From positions 37,386,001-37,450,000 of the forward strand of contig NC_043008.1 in the NCBI RefSeq assembly GCF_006345805.1: 64,000 nucleotides of DNA, given 5' to 3'. The DNA comes from Octopus sinensis (taxonomy: Eukaryota). Shown here in pieces: positions 49,116-62,427 of the stretch. The notes below the pieces were generated by a model. The model worked only from the letters and a program-made list of their open reading frames with translations, had not been told where the DNA came from and ran no database searches. Both the position numbers and the translations under genes were made by a program. Position 1 is the first letter of the stretch, and the number at the start of each line of letters is the position of its first letter.

Positions 49116-49784
49116 GATAGTAGAATACAAAAGCACAACGCAAGCAGCAACAACAGCAATTATAACTGAATCATGCTCATCTTTCGTTGATTAAACTAAT
49201 CTTTTGGTATTTAATCACAAAAGGGATGACGAATGACTGCAACAATTGACACCATGGTGCACTGGAGAAAACTTGTTCTCTTAAGTAAGCATGGCAGAGA
49301 TAAAGCTAAGAAGGAGAGTGTGACAGTTAAGATGCTCTTACCGCACTCACTCTCTGCCCTCACTGGTTCTTTTCCTTTGGCTGCCTTCTCTCCACTGCCA
49401 TCCTGCTTGGGATGCTCTCACTGCACTCACCCTCTGCTCCCCCACCTAACAGCCAAGGCACCTGCAATCCTCTCTTTCTGTCACTGCTCTTACTGCATTT
49501 ACCTGCTGCTCCCTTACCTTCTGCTTTTCTTTCTCTCAATGTCCTCTTCCTACATCTCTTCAGCTACATCAACACCTTCTAATCTCTCTATCTTCTATCC
49601 CTTGTGGTTACTCAATCTCTTTTTCTTTTCTAACCCTTTCTGATTTTTGACAAGATTCCTTCTTTCTCACTTTCATGCTCCCTTCCTCCCATGTCTTCCT
49701 CACACATTCTGTCTTTATAATGTAGAATGACAATGGGCCCCCAACACAAACTGCCAGCTACCCTACTATTCTCTGTGGAAGCAC

Positions 49785-49945
49785 ATGGCTTAGTGTTGAG
49801 GGTGTTGGACTCATGATCCTAAGATTGTGGTTTTGAATTCTGGACCGGGCAATGCATTGTATTCTTGAGCAAAACACTTCATTTCACATTTCTCCAGTCC
49901 ACTCAGCTGACAAAAGTGAGTAATCCTCTGAGAGACTTGTTCCTC
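49785..49945 (+). mobile_element. SINE family E 5' part
   Basis: gcacatggcttagtg...ttcttgagcaaaacacttcatttcac. Confidence 0.7.
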
Positions 49946-50029
49946 ATCTAGTGGGGAACATATTTATAACACAAAAAAGTGGGAAACTGGCCCAAAAGGT
50001 CTATATGGCTTGGGAAGGATCCTCCAAAG

Positions 50030-50227
50030 CGTAGGAGTGGCTGTTTGGTAAGTAGCTTGCTTACCAACCACATGGTTCTGGGTTCAGTCCCACTGCGTGG
50101 CATCTTGGGCAAGTGTCTTTTAATATAGCCCCACACCGACCAAAGCCTTGTTAGTGGATTTGGTAGACAGAAACTGAAAAAAATCCATCGTATATATGTA
50201 TATATATATATATAATATATATATGTA

Positions 50228-50310
<83 letters not shown>

Positions 50311-50535
50311 ATGTGTATGCATATGTTTGTGTGTCTGTGTTTGTCCCCCAACATTGCTTGACAACCGAGGCTGGTGTGTTTACGTCCCTGTAACTTAACG
50401 ATTCAGCAAAAGAGACAGATAGAATAAGTACTAGGCTTACAAAGAATAAGCCCTGGGGTCGATTTGCTTGACTAAAAGGCAGTGCTCCAGCATGGCCACA
50501 GTCAAATAACTGAAACATGTAAAAAAGTAAAGAGT
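50030..50535 (+). mobile_element. SINE family A with internal (TA)n(TG)n
   Basis: Full head, core and tail. Confidence 0.9.
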
Positions 50536-52559
50536 AAGAGTATTATTCTCATCCTCTTCACAAACCCACTCCATATCCTCTGTCCCTCGCATACTTCATT
50601 CCCCAACAGTATCTACCCAGTCACTCTCTTCATTACAACTCAACCCCAACAATAAATCTGTTCCTCTCTTGTATTCTAACTTCTTTCTTAACGCCTTCGT
50701 TATTTCTCCTCCCCACCTTTCAGCCATGAGGGCTCTCGTCAGGTTCATTTGTCATGCAAGTTGCAAAGTAGCCTCGCTAGTGTTGCTATCATAATAAACA
50801 CACCCAGGACACTTTGTAAAGTAGTTGGTATAATGAAGGGCATCTAGCCATAGAAACCAAGCCTGCATTAAGTTACAGGAGCACAATTTGGTCCTTTGTC
50901 TCATCAGGTTCTGTTAAAGTGTCCAACCCATGCCAGAAAGGAATGAGAATGAATTGTTGAGGATAATGTTTGTGTGTGTGTGTGTGTGTGTTGTGTGTGT
51001 GTGTGGTGTTCTAAATTTATGCACAAAGCATTGGCCCTAGGCTGAGGTACTCTGTGGGACTGAACCTAAAACCTCATAGTTTTGAAGTAAATTTTTTTAA
51101 CCACACACCCATATCAAAGAATCTTCTAAGGACATAACCAAACACATATCTTTAGAATTCTTCAGCAAGTATTATATTTCGTTAATTTGTTCAACACTTT
51201 TCTGGATTTCTGGTATAATACAAAAGATAGATGTCTTTTTAAAGAGACCTAAAAAGGATTGAATTCTATGATATTGAGTTGAAGGCTGTATTATAGAGAT
51301 TGTGTGATGTGACAATAATAGTCCCAAATACCCGCCTGTCATTCTGCAGATAAGATTGCTTAATGGATAATATATTTGGCTACCAATCATGTTTTGGAAC
51401 TCATATCTTCTCCAAGCATTTCATTATGTATCAGGGTAGAATATTCTTTGCTTGCTTGGTTCAGCTTTGGTTCAATTAGCTGTCAGGAATAAGTACTGAC
51501 TGGGAATGGTGTGTTATCCTAGAAAATATTTATTTTCTAATCCAATATTAAATTCAAAGCTAAGCAACAACTCTCAAGGCACCTCTTAGAGGCCTCAGTG
51601 ACATTTAGGAATTTTCATTTATAGAATTTGTTGTTATTTATGCATTATAGTTACTTACAATAAAACCAAGCTCCAGAAGGAAGAAGAGGAGGTCATGAGT
51701 TGTGACAGAGAAACTAGCAAGAGAAAATTAGTGTTAAAATTGCTTAGCAATGTTGTGTGCAGAGAGATCAAAAGAGAGAGAGAGGGAGAGAGAGATCAAG
51801 AGAGAGAGAAAGAGAGAGTAATCACACACTGACATACACAGTGTCAGGGAATCTATGTGACTGTATGTGTGTGAGTGTGTGAGATTCGAATTTGCTGAGA
51901 TGTGTCACTTCTCATCAGAGAATAAGAAAGCCAGCTGTGTGCTTCTAGTTGTTTTCTGTAGAATACTTATCCTAACAGAGCTATCTAATTTACTTATGGG
52001 TTTTAGATGCAATCATATCTCCAGCTGTCATATGTAGATCTATGATAAATTGAAAAGCAAAGAAAGTCATTCAAGAAATATTAGTAAAATAACAATTTTT
52101 AAAGTTTTTCTTTTAATAAATATGATAAATTTAGAACTTCCAATATGATACATCGAAGGAAAAAAATAAAAATTGACACTTTCGTTGGGCAATAACAGGA
52201 TACAGGACCCATGGAAAAGGTCATGGGTTGACAATGATACTTTAAAATCTTAACGTTGAGATTAAGAAGAGTTAAAAGTTAGGAATAACAGAAAGTCTCT
52301 TTGTTTCGAATGTGTTTGTGCATGTGTGTATAAGTGTGTTCAAATGTATACGCATGCATGCATGCGTGTGTGTGTATAAGTGTGTGTGAATGTGTGTGCA
52401 TGCATGTGTGCATGTGTGCATGTGTGCGGATGCACATATGGTTAGAAAGAAAATTTGTGTTAAGTGTTATTGTTTGCTATTTTTGTAAATAAACACGATG
52501 TTTACCTTTTGATACCAACTCTTACCACCCCAGACTGACTCTGGTTTTTTAATTTCTTT

Positions 52560-52824
52560 TATTCGTTTCTTTTACTTGTTTCAGTCATTTGACTGTGGCC
52601 ATGCTGGAGCACTGCCTTTAGTCGAGCAAATTGACTCCCAGGGCTTATTCTTTGTAAGCCTAGTACTTATTCAATCGGTCTCTTTAGCTGAACCACTAAG
52701 TTACGGGGACGTAAACACACCAGCATCGGTTGTCAAACGATGTTGTAGGGGAGGGGGACGAACACAGACAAACTTACATATATATAGACATATATACGAT
52801 GGGCTTCTTTCAGTTTCCATCTAC

Positions 52825-52825
<1 letters not shown>
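52560..52825 (-). mobile_element. SINE family A, 5' truncated by (ATT)n
   Basis: Reverse complement of the family. Confidence 0.85.
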
Positions 52826-52875
<50 letters not shown>

Positions 52876-52984
52876 CATAAGTCAATTATAATTATTATTA
52901 TTATTATTATCATCATCATCATCATTATTATTATTATTATTATCATCATCATCATCATCATTATTATTATTATTATTATCATCA

Positions 52985-53021
<37 letters not shown>

Positions 53022-53053
53022 CATCATTATTATCATCATCATCATCATCATCA

Positions 53054-53142
<89 letters not shown>

Positions 53143-53160
53143 ATTAATATTATTATTATC
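52825..53160. repeat. (ATT)n/(ATC)n compound microsatellite
   Basis: Direct. Confidence 0.95.
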
Positions 53161-54398
53161 TGTTTGGTAGATATCAGTACACATCTGCAATTAATTTGTT
53201 TGCTGATTCCTATAAACAAGAGCTGGTGTTTTTGTGCACACCTACTAATTACGAGTACCCTTGCTTCACTGCCACCATTTTGTATCCCAAATACAGAGTA
53301 TCTAATGAATCTTTCCTCACTTAAAGGAGTAGATGTATATTTAAAAGAGATTTAACTGCTATTACTAGAATATTTGATGACTGTGTAAAGGCACCCACAT
53401 TGACTCTTCTCAGTTGGTTATGAAGATGGTGTAATTCAAAAAATATCTGGTTCTTTAATAGCCATTCTTGAAGACTTTTGACATCAAAAGTGTACTTTTA
53501 TTAACCTATTTTCCCACTCAATCAAAGCTAATTATCAAAGTCATGGCTATACTTAATGAATCTATTATTAGATATATTGAATGAATCTATTGTTAGATAT
53601 ATTTATTTATATTTCATAAATGGAAAGTATATTTTGTTAATTCCATTTCAATGAGGACAAATGATGCCATTTTGCTTGTGAACAGCACTACAAGAGTTGA
53701 TAAGTATTTCTTTTATCTGTAGTACATTGTTCAAATGCTCCATCAGAAGATGTTACTCTCTCAATATGACTTGATACTCCTGGCACTGAAGACAAGTATG
53801 AGTGATATGGATCCCTATAGAACTTGCAGAATTCTTAGCACACAAGAAGAAATGCTTAACAGGATTTTGTCTGTCTTTATGTCCCCAGTTCAAATTCTAC
53901 TAAGGTTGTCTTTGCATTTCATCCTTTTGCGGTTGATATAATAATTACCAGTTGAGCACTGGGGTCGATGTAATTGACTTCCCCCTTCCCCCCAAAACTG
54001 CAGGCTCTCTACCAAAAATTGAAATTATTCTTTCAAATATGATTTTCTATAGTTTTTAGTAGGACCAGGGTTTTAACTGAGAAAATTCTTAATAACTTTG
54101 TTGGATCTGGTGGAAGGTGTCATGTCAATGAACTTTATAAGCTGGCCCTCAGGGACTAGTGAAATCAATGCTCCATTTAAACTGTTGTAAGTCAATGCCT
54201 GCAGGAAAGAAATGAGAAGAAAGAAACTTCCAGAGGATTGACGTCCTTGAGAAGAAAGAGCAGATATAAAGAATAAAGTAGGGATTGTAGATACATGAGA
54301 GCAGTGTATGAGAGCAGGAAAAATTATTAACCCCTTGCACCCCACACCATTCTCACATCTCCCACTAAACCCATCTCCTTGCATAGATATCCTCCTAT

Positions 54399-54616
54399 AT
54401 TAGGGGGTGCCAAAGAGTTCCTGGCTTTGGGTAATAGAAAATACAGGAGGGTCAGTAAATTATGACTTAATTCAACATATTTCCCTCTCAGATCCACACA
54501 CTTATTGCAGCTGTCCTTGAGTTTTTCTAAGCTCTGAAAAAAGAACTCAAAAGTTTGGACCTCCAGCTTGGCCTTTCATGATACTCTTAAAGTCAAGAAA
54601 TTTTCAGCACCCCCTC
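54399..54616. mobile_element. Mariner-type MITE
   Basis: TIR gggggtgccaaagagttcctggcttt / aaagtcaagaaattttcagcacccct. Confidence 0.75.
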
Positions 54617-55322
54617 AAATATGCACACAACACACCACCACACCTTATCTTCCAAACTCCTCTCCACTGAACTATATTTCTACCTGGCCCTTAAACTTCT
54701 TTTTTTCTTCTTCCCTTCTTTCTACAACCTTTCTTCCTACTTTTCTTTTCCTGATGTAAGACAAGCATCCAAAATCTTAAAGACCTCATCCTTTGCCTTT
54801 CAAGCATTAGACTAACAGCATCTCTGTTATATCTTGCCCCTCTTGTGTTCTTTCTTGTCTTTGCTCATCTATATAAAATATAAACTATTGTCCAGTCAAT
54901 AAGAAGAAAATACTTAAGCCAACAGCAGCTCTAAATAAAATATAACTTTCATTTTCTTTTCCTAAAGAATATCTATTGAATTAAGAAGATAAAAGACTTT
55001 AATACTTGAAAAGTATTTGGTTATTTAATTCCTATGTGTAACTGTTAATTAAAATATATTAATCCTATGTGTAGCTGTTAATTAAAATATATTCATAAGA
55101 TTCTATTGTTAATGTGAAAAAGCTGTTTTAATCCTAATTAGTAATTTTAGATTAGTATCTCTTATGTTCTACAATGTCTTTTATTTAGGCAATGAACCTA
55201 AGATATCATTAACTGTCTTAAGAGAATTAATTTTCCTTGGAATATCGAGTCTTATTTAGTCACTCTTAACAATAGTGATTTTATTCTTAATTTGAAGAGG
55301 AAAAACGTCAATATGATTTAGC

Positions 55323-55690
55323 AGGCTGGGCAAAATGCTCAATGGCATTTTGTCCATTTTTACATTCTAAGATCAAATTCCACTGAGGTTGATGTTACCT
55401 TTCATCCATTCCGGGGCATTAAAATAAGTACCAGTTGAATACTGGGGTTGATGTAACTGACTTTCCCTTCCCTCAAAAAGCACTGGCCTCGTACCAAGGT
55501 TAGGAAGATTTTAAGGCAGTGGGTTGGCAGAATTGTTTCTGAGTTGGACAAAAAGCTTAACAGTATTCCTTCTGGTTTTATGATCTGAGTTCAACTCCTG
55601 CTAAGACCAACTTTGCCATACATCTGTTTAGGGTTGACAAAGTAAGTACCAGTCAGAGCACTGGGTTTGATGTAAACAATTAACTCTCTC
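55323..55690 (+). mobile_element. Two degenerate SINE family B copies
   Basis: ctgggcaaaatgctc...aagtaccagttgaatactggggttgatgtaa motifs twice. Confidence 0.7.
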
Positions 55691-55921
55691 TGACCATGAT
55701 TTCTGGTCTGAGCAAAGATTGGAAACCACCACTGCCAAAGATTGGAAACCACCACTCGAAAATTTTTTGCTCTCCTTCATAACAGAATGAAGTGTTTCAC
55801 ATCTTTCATGGTTTCCAACAAGCATTAGCATCCAGCTGTTAGATGTTTCCATGTATTTTGCCAGTCCAGTTTTGGTGGTTTTGTAAGAGATTTCAAACTG
55901 GGCTATTGCACCTTAAAAAAG

Positions 55922-56300
55922 AGGAGGCACAATAGCCTAGTGGTAAGGGCAGTGGACTCGTGGTCTTAGGATTGCAGTTTTGATTTCCAGACCGGGCGTT
56001 GTGAGTGTTTATTGAGCAAAAACACCTAAAGCTCCACGAGGCTCTAGCAGGGGATGGTAATGAACCCTGCTGTACTCTTTTACCACAACTTTCTCTTACT
56101 CTTTCTTTCTGCTTCTGTTGTACCTCTATTTCAAAGGGCCAGCCTTGTCACACTCTGTGTCATGCCAAATCTCCCTGAGAACTACGTTAAGGGTACATGT
56201 GTCTGTGGAGTGCTCGGCCACTTGCACGTTAATTTCATGAGCAGGCTGTTCCATTGATCGGATCAACTGGAACCCTCGTCGTCATAACCGACGGAGTGCC
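55922..56300 (+). mobile_element. tRNA-derived SINE family E, full length
   Basis: tagcctagtggtaag A-box head; conserved 3' domain ending accgacggagtgcc. Confidence 0.85.
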
Positions 56301-56564
56301 AACCAACCAAATTGGATCAAGCCTCGACCTCCTTGATCTCTGGGTAGGTAAAAATGATCTGCATCTACTTTTGGGTGGTGCATCTTATGTCAAGTCAGCA
56401 GCTTACGGAATTTTCAGTCAATCTTCCTTATTTCACTCATATTCCAGTTTAACACATTGAAACTATAAATAACAACTGGAACTGCTAAGGAATTTATAGC
56501 TAACACCTTGTTACATGCAGTTAACTCGGATTTTAGGACTGCTTAAACTCTCCTGTCTAGAGGA

Positions 56565-56810
56565 GGTCGTGGCTTAGTGGTTAGAGTGTCAGCACAATGA
56601 TCGTAAGATTGTGGTTTTGATTCCTGGACCAGGCGACGTGTTGTGCTCTTGAGCAAAACACTTCATTTCACGTTGTTTCATTCTATTCAGCTGGAAAAAA
56701 TGAGTAATGTTAGGATGAACGGGCATCCTGTCCAACTGGGGAACACATACGCCATTGAAACCGGGAAACTGGGCCCATGAGTCTGGCTAGTCTTTAAAAA
56801 AGGGCGCATT
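56565..56810 (+). mobile_element. tRNA-derived SINE (family E-related)
   Basis: tggcttagtggttag A-box, ggttttgattcc B-box-like, ctcttgagcaaaacactt. Confidence 0.75.
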
Positions 56811-56829
56811 TATTTATTTATTTTTTAAA

Positions 56830-57062
56830 ACTCTCCTGTAACATTCTTTCCTGATCTTCTCCTTCATGCTTGCATGCGGAATGCTGGAACCCTCATTTAT
56901 TCCGAGGTATTTGTAAGTTTGTTCCTGCTCAAGTTCTTTTATGACTGCGTCAACATCCAACGTCACCAAATATGAGGTCTTCAATTTCCTTTTCTGGAAA
57001 GTGGCCTTGGCACATTTATCAAGACCAAATCCCATCCTGATGTCATCACTGAATGCTTTCAC
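56830..57062 (-). pseudogene. R4/Dong-like LINE RT fragment
   Basis: FSDDIRMGFGLDKCAK...TYKYLGINEG...KEKIRKECYRRV. Confidence 0.85.
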
Positions 57063-57127
57063 ATTGTCGTCGCCGTCGTCGTCGTCGTCATCGTCATCGT
57101 CATCATCATCATCATCATCATTATTTT

Positions 57128-57222
57128 TATATGTTTGACTTTTGCTTTACATTTGTACAAGTTGGCTCCAAATCTCACCCAAAGACGTCAAGAGACCACA
57201 AGTTGGAAGTTCATGTTGGAAG
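57128..57222 (-). mobile_element. R4/Dong-like LINE 3' UTR
   Basis: Reverse complement of 20680-20763. Confidence 0.75.
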
Positions 57223-57225
57223 TTA

Positions 57226-57272
<47 letters not shown>

Positions 57273-57724
57273 GCTGCTGTTGTTGTTGTTGTTGTTGTCT
57301 TTGTCATTATCCTTGTTTTATGTCTTTCATTCTATCACTTTTTCTTTATGTTTGAAATACCCCAATATTTCCCAGATTCAATTTCAAGATTCCTTTCCCT
57401 ACCTTATTTTGTTTACAGCAATTCTGAGAATCTTCCACTTTCAATTATCTTTATTTCATCTATTTGATGCAGTATATTCTCATTAGTGTCTATACAAGCA
57501 CAGCTGCTTCTTCTGCTAATGTTGGCTAATAACTTTAATACCACGCCACTTCTTATTGTTCCCTTATGCTTTCATGTTTCATTCAAGTCAACCAACTAGG
57601 AAAGGCTGCTATGTTGTTTCTGAACCTGCTAAAAATAGTAACGAAATCTCTCTTGGACCATAACTTGCTATCTTGAAGAATACGGAAGGAAATTTTAGAT
57701 AGGTGTATGTACTACCCTCTAAGG

Positions 57725-58170
57725 TGCATGTCTGGCCATGTGGTTAAGAAAAGCTTGCTTTGAAGCAATGAGTTTTCAAGTTCAGTCTCACTGTTTTGCA
57801 TTTTGGGCAAGTGTCTTCTATGTTAGCTCTGGGTCTACCAGTGCCTTGTAAGAGGATTTGGCAGACAGAATCTGTGGAAACCAAACACATACGCATATAT
57901 ATAATATCTATTTCTATATTAAATATGAGCTTGTATCTGTCTCTGGCATCACTGTTTGACAAATGGTTTTGGTTTGTTTACATCCCTGTAACTTAGCAGT
58001 TCAGCAAAAGAGACCAACAGAATAATAATAATAATTATTATTATTATAGAATAAAAACCAGATTTAAAAGAATAATTACTGGAGCCAATCATTTTTGAGT
58101 AAAACCCTAGAAACCAGTACCCCAGCATGACCACATTCAAATGTCTGAAACAAGTAAAAGACGGAAAATA
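57725..58170 (+). mobile_element. SINE family A, diverged
   Basis: Head, core and tail motifs. Confidence 0.75.
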
Positions 58171-58359
58171 AAAGATAATCATGTCCTGAATATAAAAACA
58201 TACAGGATGGTCATTTTAGGAATATTTTTGCTTATATTTCTGCTTATATTTCTGCTCAATCAAGGCTAACATACAGCTTCTATTTTAAGTTCAAACTTAC
58301 TAGATTTGCAGTCTGAGAGTGAGTACATGACTGGAACTTTATTTTAACAATGGGTGCCA

Positions 58360-58725
58360 TATAAAAAGCACCTGTGCTGGTGCTAATTATAAAGTACCCA
58401 TACCAGTGTCATGTAAGAGGCAGCCATGTCGGTACCAAGTATTGAGTACCTGTGTTGGTGCCACTTGTGTTGGAATAGCTTGTAGGTGCCAAGTATTGAG
58501 TACTTGTGTTGGTATCACCCTTGCTGGTGCTACATATAAAACACTTGTGCCTGTCCTCATAAAAAGCATTCAATACCCTCTCTGAAGTAATTGGCATTAG
58601 GAAGGGTATTCAGCAATAGAAACCATTCCAGAACAGACAATTAGATTCTGGACAGCACCCTAGCTGTCCAGCTCCTGTCGAACCATCCAACCCATGCCAG
58701 CATGGAGAACAGACGTTAAAAGTTG
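58360..58725 (+). mobile_element. RTE-tail SINE (family C)
   Basis: ggcattaggaagggtattcagc...cccatgccagcatggagaacagacgttaaa. Confidence 0.75.
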
Positions 58726-59909
58726 ATGGTAAAGATGTTAATGATGACAGAGTTTAAAATGGCGATGAGTTGTGAGAAATGATGAGAATTGAATACAGAC
58801 TCCAAAAGAAAACCATTTTCCTGATGCTTCTAATAATTCTATCAGCTTATCTTTAACTTGGAGTTAGATAACAGCTTCTTTTATTCAAGTTACCATATGT
58901 TTTAATAATTTTGAATATACATTTTTAATATTTCTACAGACTTTCTGACAGAAGTTCATCACCAACCATATGGTGACATTTCTTTCCTGGGGAGATGAAA
59001 TTAACAAAATATACCTTCCAGGTATAAAGCTTAAGTGTGCACATAGATACATAGATAGATAGATACATACAAACATACATACATCATACACACACACAAA
59101 TATACATACATCTATACACACATACATACATATATGTGTGTAAGTATATGTATCTATCCTTGTAAATATAGACACACACACACAGGCGTATATATAACAA
59201 TAGATTCATTACCTTTAATTAGATACCTCTGTGACTTGAATTATTGTCTTGGGGTGGGTGGCCAAAATAGTTTAATAAAAGTACTTTTTTTCTGATGTCA
59301 AAAGTCTTCCTTCAAGAGTGGTTGGCTATTAAAGAACCAGACATAGACAAAAGCAAGAACATAAATAAGTATGAAAATAACTGACAGAATAATTCAATGA
59401 AATGAAGTACCATTGCGACACAATCTCAAAAATAATCAGCTGACATTAACACATTTCAAGGATATAATTATATTTCAGAAAATAATGAAGCAAAAAAAAC
59501 AAAAAAAAACAAAAAAAAAACAAAGGAAGCTAGAAAAATAGAGTAACTACCTACACAAACAGATTTCATATTTGGTTTTATAAAAAGAACAAAACTTGTT
59601 TTGTTTTTTTTTTAGAAAAATAGCATTTTTGTTTTTCGCTATCTGAGACTATTTGAAATATGTGAGAAAGAAGAAAAAAAAAAAGAAAAATAACTTGTGG
59701 TCAACATATATTAAAGGGGCAATGTGGTACAAGCATTCATATCAAGAAAGGCCTATATCAGAACATGAATTTTATGTATTATGTCTAATGCTTAAATTTT
59801 GACACTACGTAGAGATAAACTTACTGTATAAGGCAGTATGAGATACAATGCTCAAGTTAAGTTTTCAGTAGGAGCATATAGTAATTATTTACTAAATCAT
59901 TTTTATAGC

Positions 59910-59962
<53 letters not shown>

Positions 59963-59964
59963 GT

Positions 59965-60150
59965 GGGATGAAATGCTTCGCAGTATTTTGCCCATTGCTA
60001 CATTCTGAGTTCAAACTCCGCTGAGGTTGACTTTACCTTTCATCCTTTCGGGGTTGATAAATTAAGTACCAGTTGAGTACTGGGGTCGATGTCATTGGCT
60101 TAATCCCTCCTTCTAAATTTCAGGCCTTGTGCCTATAGCAGAAAGGATTA
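59965..60150 (+). mobile_element. SINE family B
   Basis: gaaatgcttcgcagtatt...aagtaccagttgagtactggggtcgatgt. Confidence 0.8.
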
Positions 60151-60164
60151 TTATTATCAATATT

Positions 60165-60440
60165 ATTTCTTTTTATCACAGGTTTTGTTGGAACTCCTGG
60201 AGTCTTGCATGCCTGCAGCCTATGGTGCCATGCTATATGTTCTTTTCAATTATCTAATACTTTCCAAATTATTCTGGCTGTGCTAAGGAGACAAGCCTTT
60301 TGTAACAGTTCTCTTGGGCACTTTATTCCAATTTCCTTTATATTCTTTATGATATTTTCTGATACTATTCTCAAGGAACCAACAATAATTGGCACTTTTT
60401 CACCTTCTTCATTCTCCATAGTCAGGATATTTTGTACTTA
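60165..60440 (-). pseudogene. RLE-type (R4/Dong-like) LINE 3' end
   Basis: LWRMKKVKKVPIIVGSLRIVSENIIKNIKEIGIKCPRELLQKACLLSTARIIWKVLDN*. Confidence 0.8.
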
Positions 60441-60470
60441 AGAGGGTTGTATTTTAATATTGTTATTATA

Positions 60471-60513
<43 letters not shown>

Positions 60514-60561
60514 TATTATTATTATTATCATTATTATTATTAGTATTACTATTGTTATTAT

Positions 60562-61097
60562 TGAGTGAGAGAGCAGTGCACGTCATCAAAGTGACTACGA
60601 AGCCCAATATACCCATCATGACTACGCATCTGATAAGGGTACACCAGGCACATGCATTACAACCATATGTGCACAGCATGGTGATCTCCCATCAAGATAA
60701 ACAGTGCATGAAATTGCAGGTGGGGCCCAGTTAGAATTTTCTTCAGGTTGAGTAGCCCATCCTGTTCAAAAGGTCCTTGAATAAAGTTTGTTTAAGGATT
60801 ATGGACAAAACACCCATGTTTCTAAAGGTGAATTATTCAAACCCCAAAGAATCCCTGTGAACACATGGCTATGATGCTCCCCCACTACTTCTGCTCTTGA
60901 TCAGAGATGCACATGTCATACGCCACTAAAGGACATGTTCAACTGGTTAAGGTCAAACAATGGACATGTAAATTAATGGTATTGAGCAGAATATTTGCTG
61001 TAGGCCATCTTTTACAAAGACAAAACAATGTACATAATAACACTACCAATCAGTTAAGATCAAAAGCCATGAGAGCCACTGCCTGGTATTGCATCTG
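60562..61097 (-). mobile_element. Family D element
   Basis: Homolog of 2822-3376, (TAT)n flanks. Confidence 0.9.
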
Positions 61098-61099
61098 AG

Positions 61100-61135
<36 letters not shown>

Positions 61136-61139
61136 TATT

Positions 61140-61683
61140 GAGTGAGAGAGCAGTGCATGCCATCAAAGTGACACTGGGGTAAAATATACGAAGCCCAATA
61201 TACCCATCATGACTACCCGTCTGATAAGGGTACACCAGGCACATGCATCACAACCATATGTGCGCGACATGGTGATCTCATATCAAGATAAACAGCACAT
61301 GACCTTGCAGGTGGGGCCCAGTTTGAATTTTCTTCAGGTTGAGTAGCCCATCCTGCTCAAAAGGTCTCTGAATAAGGGTTGTTTAAGGATGTTGAAAGAA
61401 CCACCATGTTTCCAGAGGTGAATTATTCAAACCCCAAAGAATCTCTGTGAACACATGGCTATGATGCTCCCCCACTACTTCTGCTCATGATCAGAGATGC
61501 ACATATCGTCAGCCACTAAGGGACATGTTCAACTGGTTAAGGTCAAACAACTGACAAGCAAATCTGTGGTATTGAGCAGAATATTTGCTGTAGCCCATCC
61601 TTTATACCAAGACAAAACAATGTACATGATAACACTTCCAATCCATTAAGATCAGAAGCCATGAGAGCCACTGCCTGGTATTG

Positions 61684-61686
<3 letters not shown>
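61140..61686 (-). mobile_element. Family D element
   Basis: Near-identical to 2822-3376, (TAT)n flanks. Confidence 0.9.
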
Positions 61687-61737
<51 letters not shown>

Positions 61738-61750
61738 TATTATTATTATT

Positions 61751-61941
61751 GAGTGAGTGAGCAGTACATGCCACCAAATATGAATTCTTGCAGAATATAA
61801 GATGGTACTTTTCTGCAGGGCAACAGTGTGAGTTTCCAATCTCTTTCAGCTTTTTAGGTTGCATTTTAGATGCTGTGCCGAGTGCACCAATTACTACAGG
61901 AATAATTCTTATCTTGGTTTTCCACATTCTCCTCAGTTCTT
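61751..61941 (-). pseudogene. RLE-type LINE 3' end sharing its terminus with family D
   Basis: KELRRMWKTKIRIIPVVIGALG...; ends tggcatgtactgctcactcactc(aat)n. Confidence 0.8.
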
Positions 61942-61979
61942 TATTATTATTATTATTGTTGTTGTTGTTGTTGTTATTA

Positions 61980-62350
61980 AGGTAACCAGCTGGCAGAATT
62001 GTTGGCATACGAGGCAAAATGCTTAGTGGCATTTCGTCTATCTTTATGTTCTGAGTTCAAAACCTACCAAGGTTGATTTTGCCTTACATCCTTTTAATTA
62101 TCAGTTGAGCATTGGGGTCGATGCAATCGATTTACCCACTCCATTGAAGTTGCTGGCCTTGTGCCTAAATTTGAAACCATTATTAAGTTTACTGAGGCAT
62201 TGAGCTGGCAAGATCATCATCAGGCTGCATGAAATTCTTAGCTGCATTTTATAAGTTTTTACATTTTGAGTTCAAATTCTGCTGAGGTTGATTTGATATT
62301 TTATCCTTTCAGGTCAATAAAATAGGTAGCAGCTGAGGACTGGGATCTAT
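61980..62350 (+). mobile_element. Two SINE family B copies
   Basis: gctggcagaa...gagttcaaa...cctt motifs twice. Confidence 0.75.
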
Positions 62351-62427
62351 GGAAACCCATCTCGTGTGTGTGTGCATGTATTTGTTTGTCCCCTACTTCG
62401 TCTTGGTGAATTGTACTGGTTTGTATG

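Noticed and set aside
55922-56000. tRNA genes at SINE heads (also 43940, 56570, 62430)
   Set aside because: A/B-box-like motifs run into SINE bodies; no complete cloverleaf
53445-59345. Large element bounded by inverted copies at ~53445-53490 and ~59293-59343
   Set aside because: More simply two dispersed fragments of one repeat (aatagccattcttgaa also at 26505); no TSD or internal coherence
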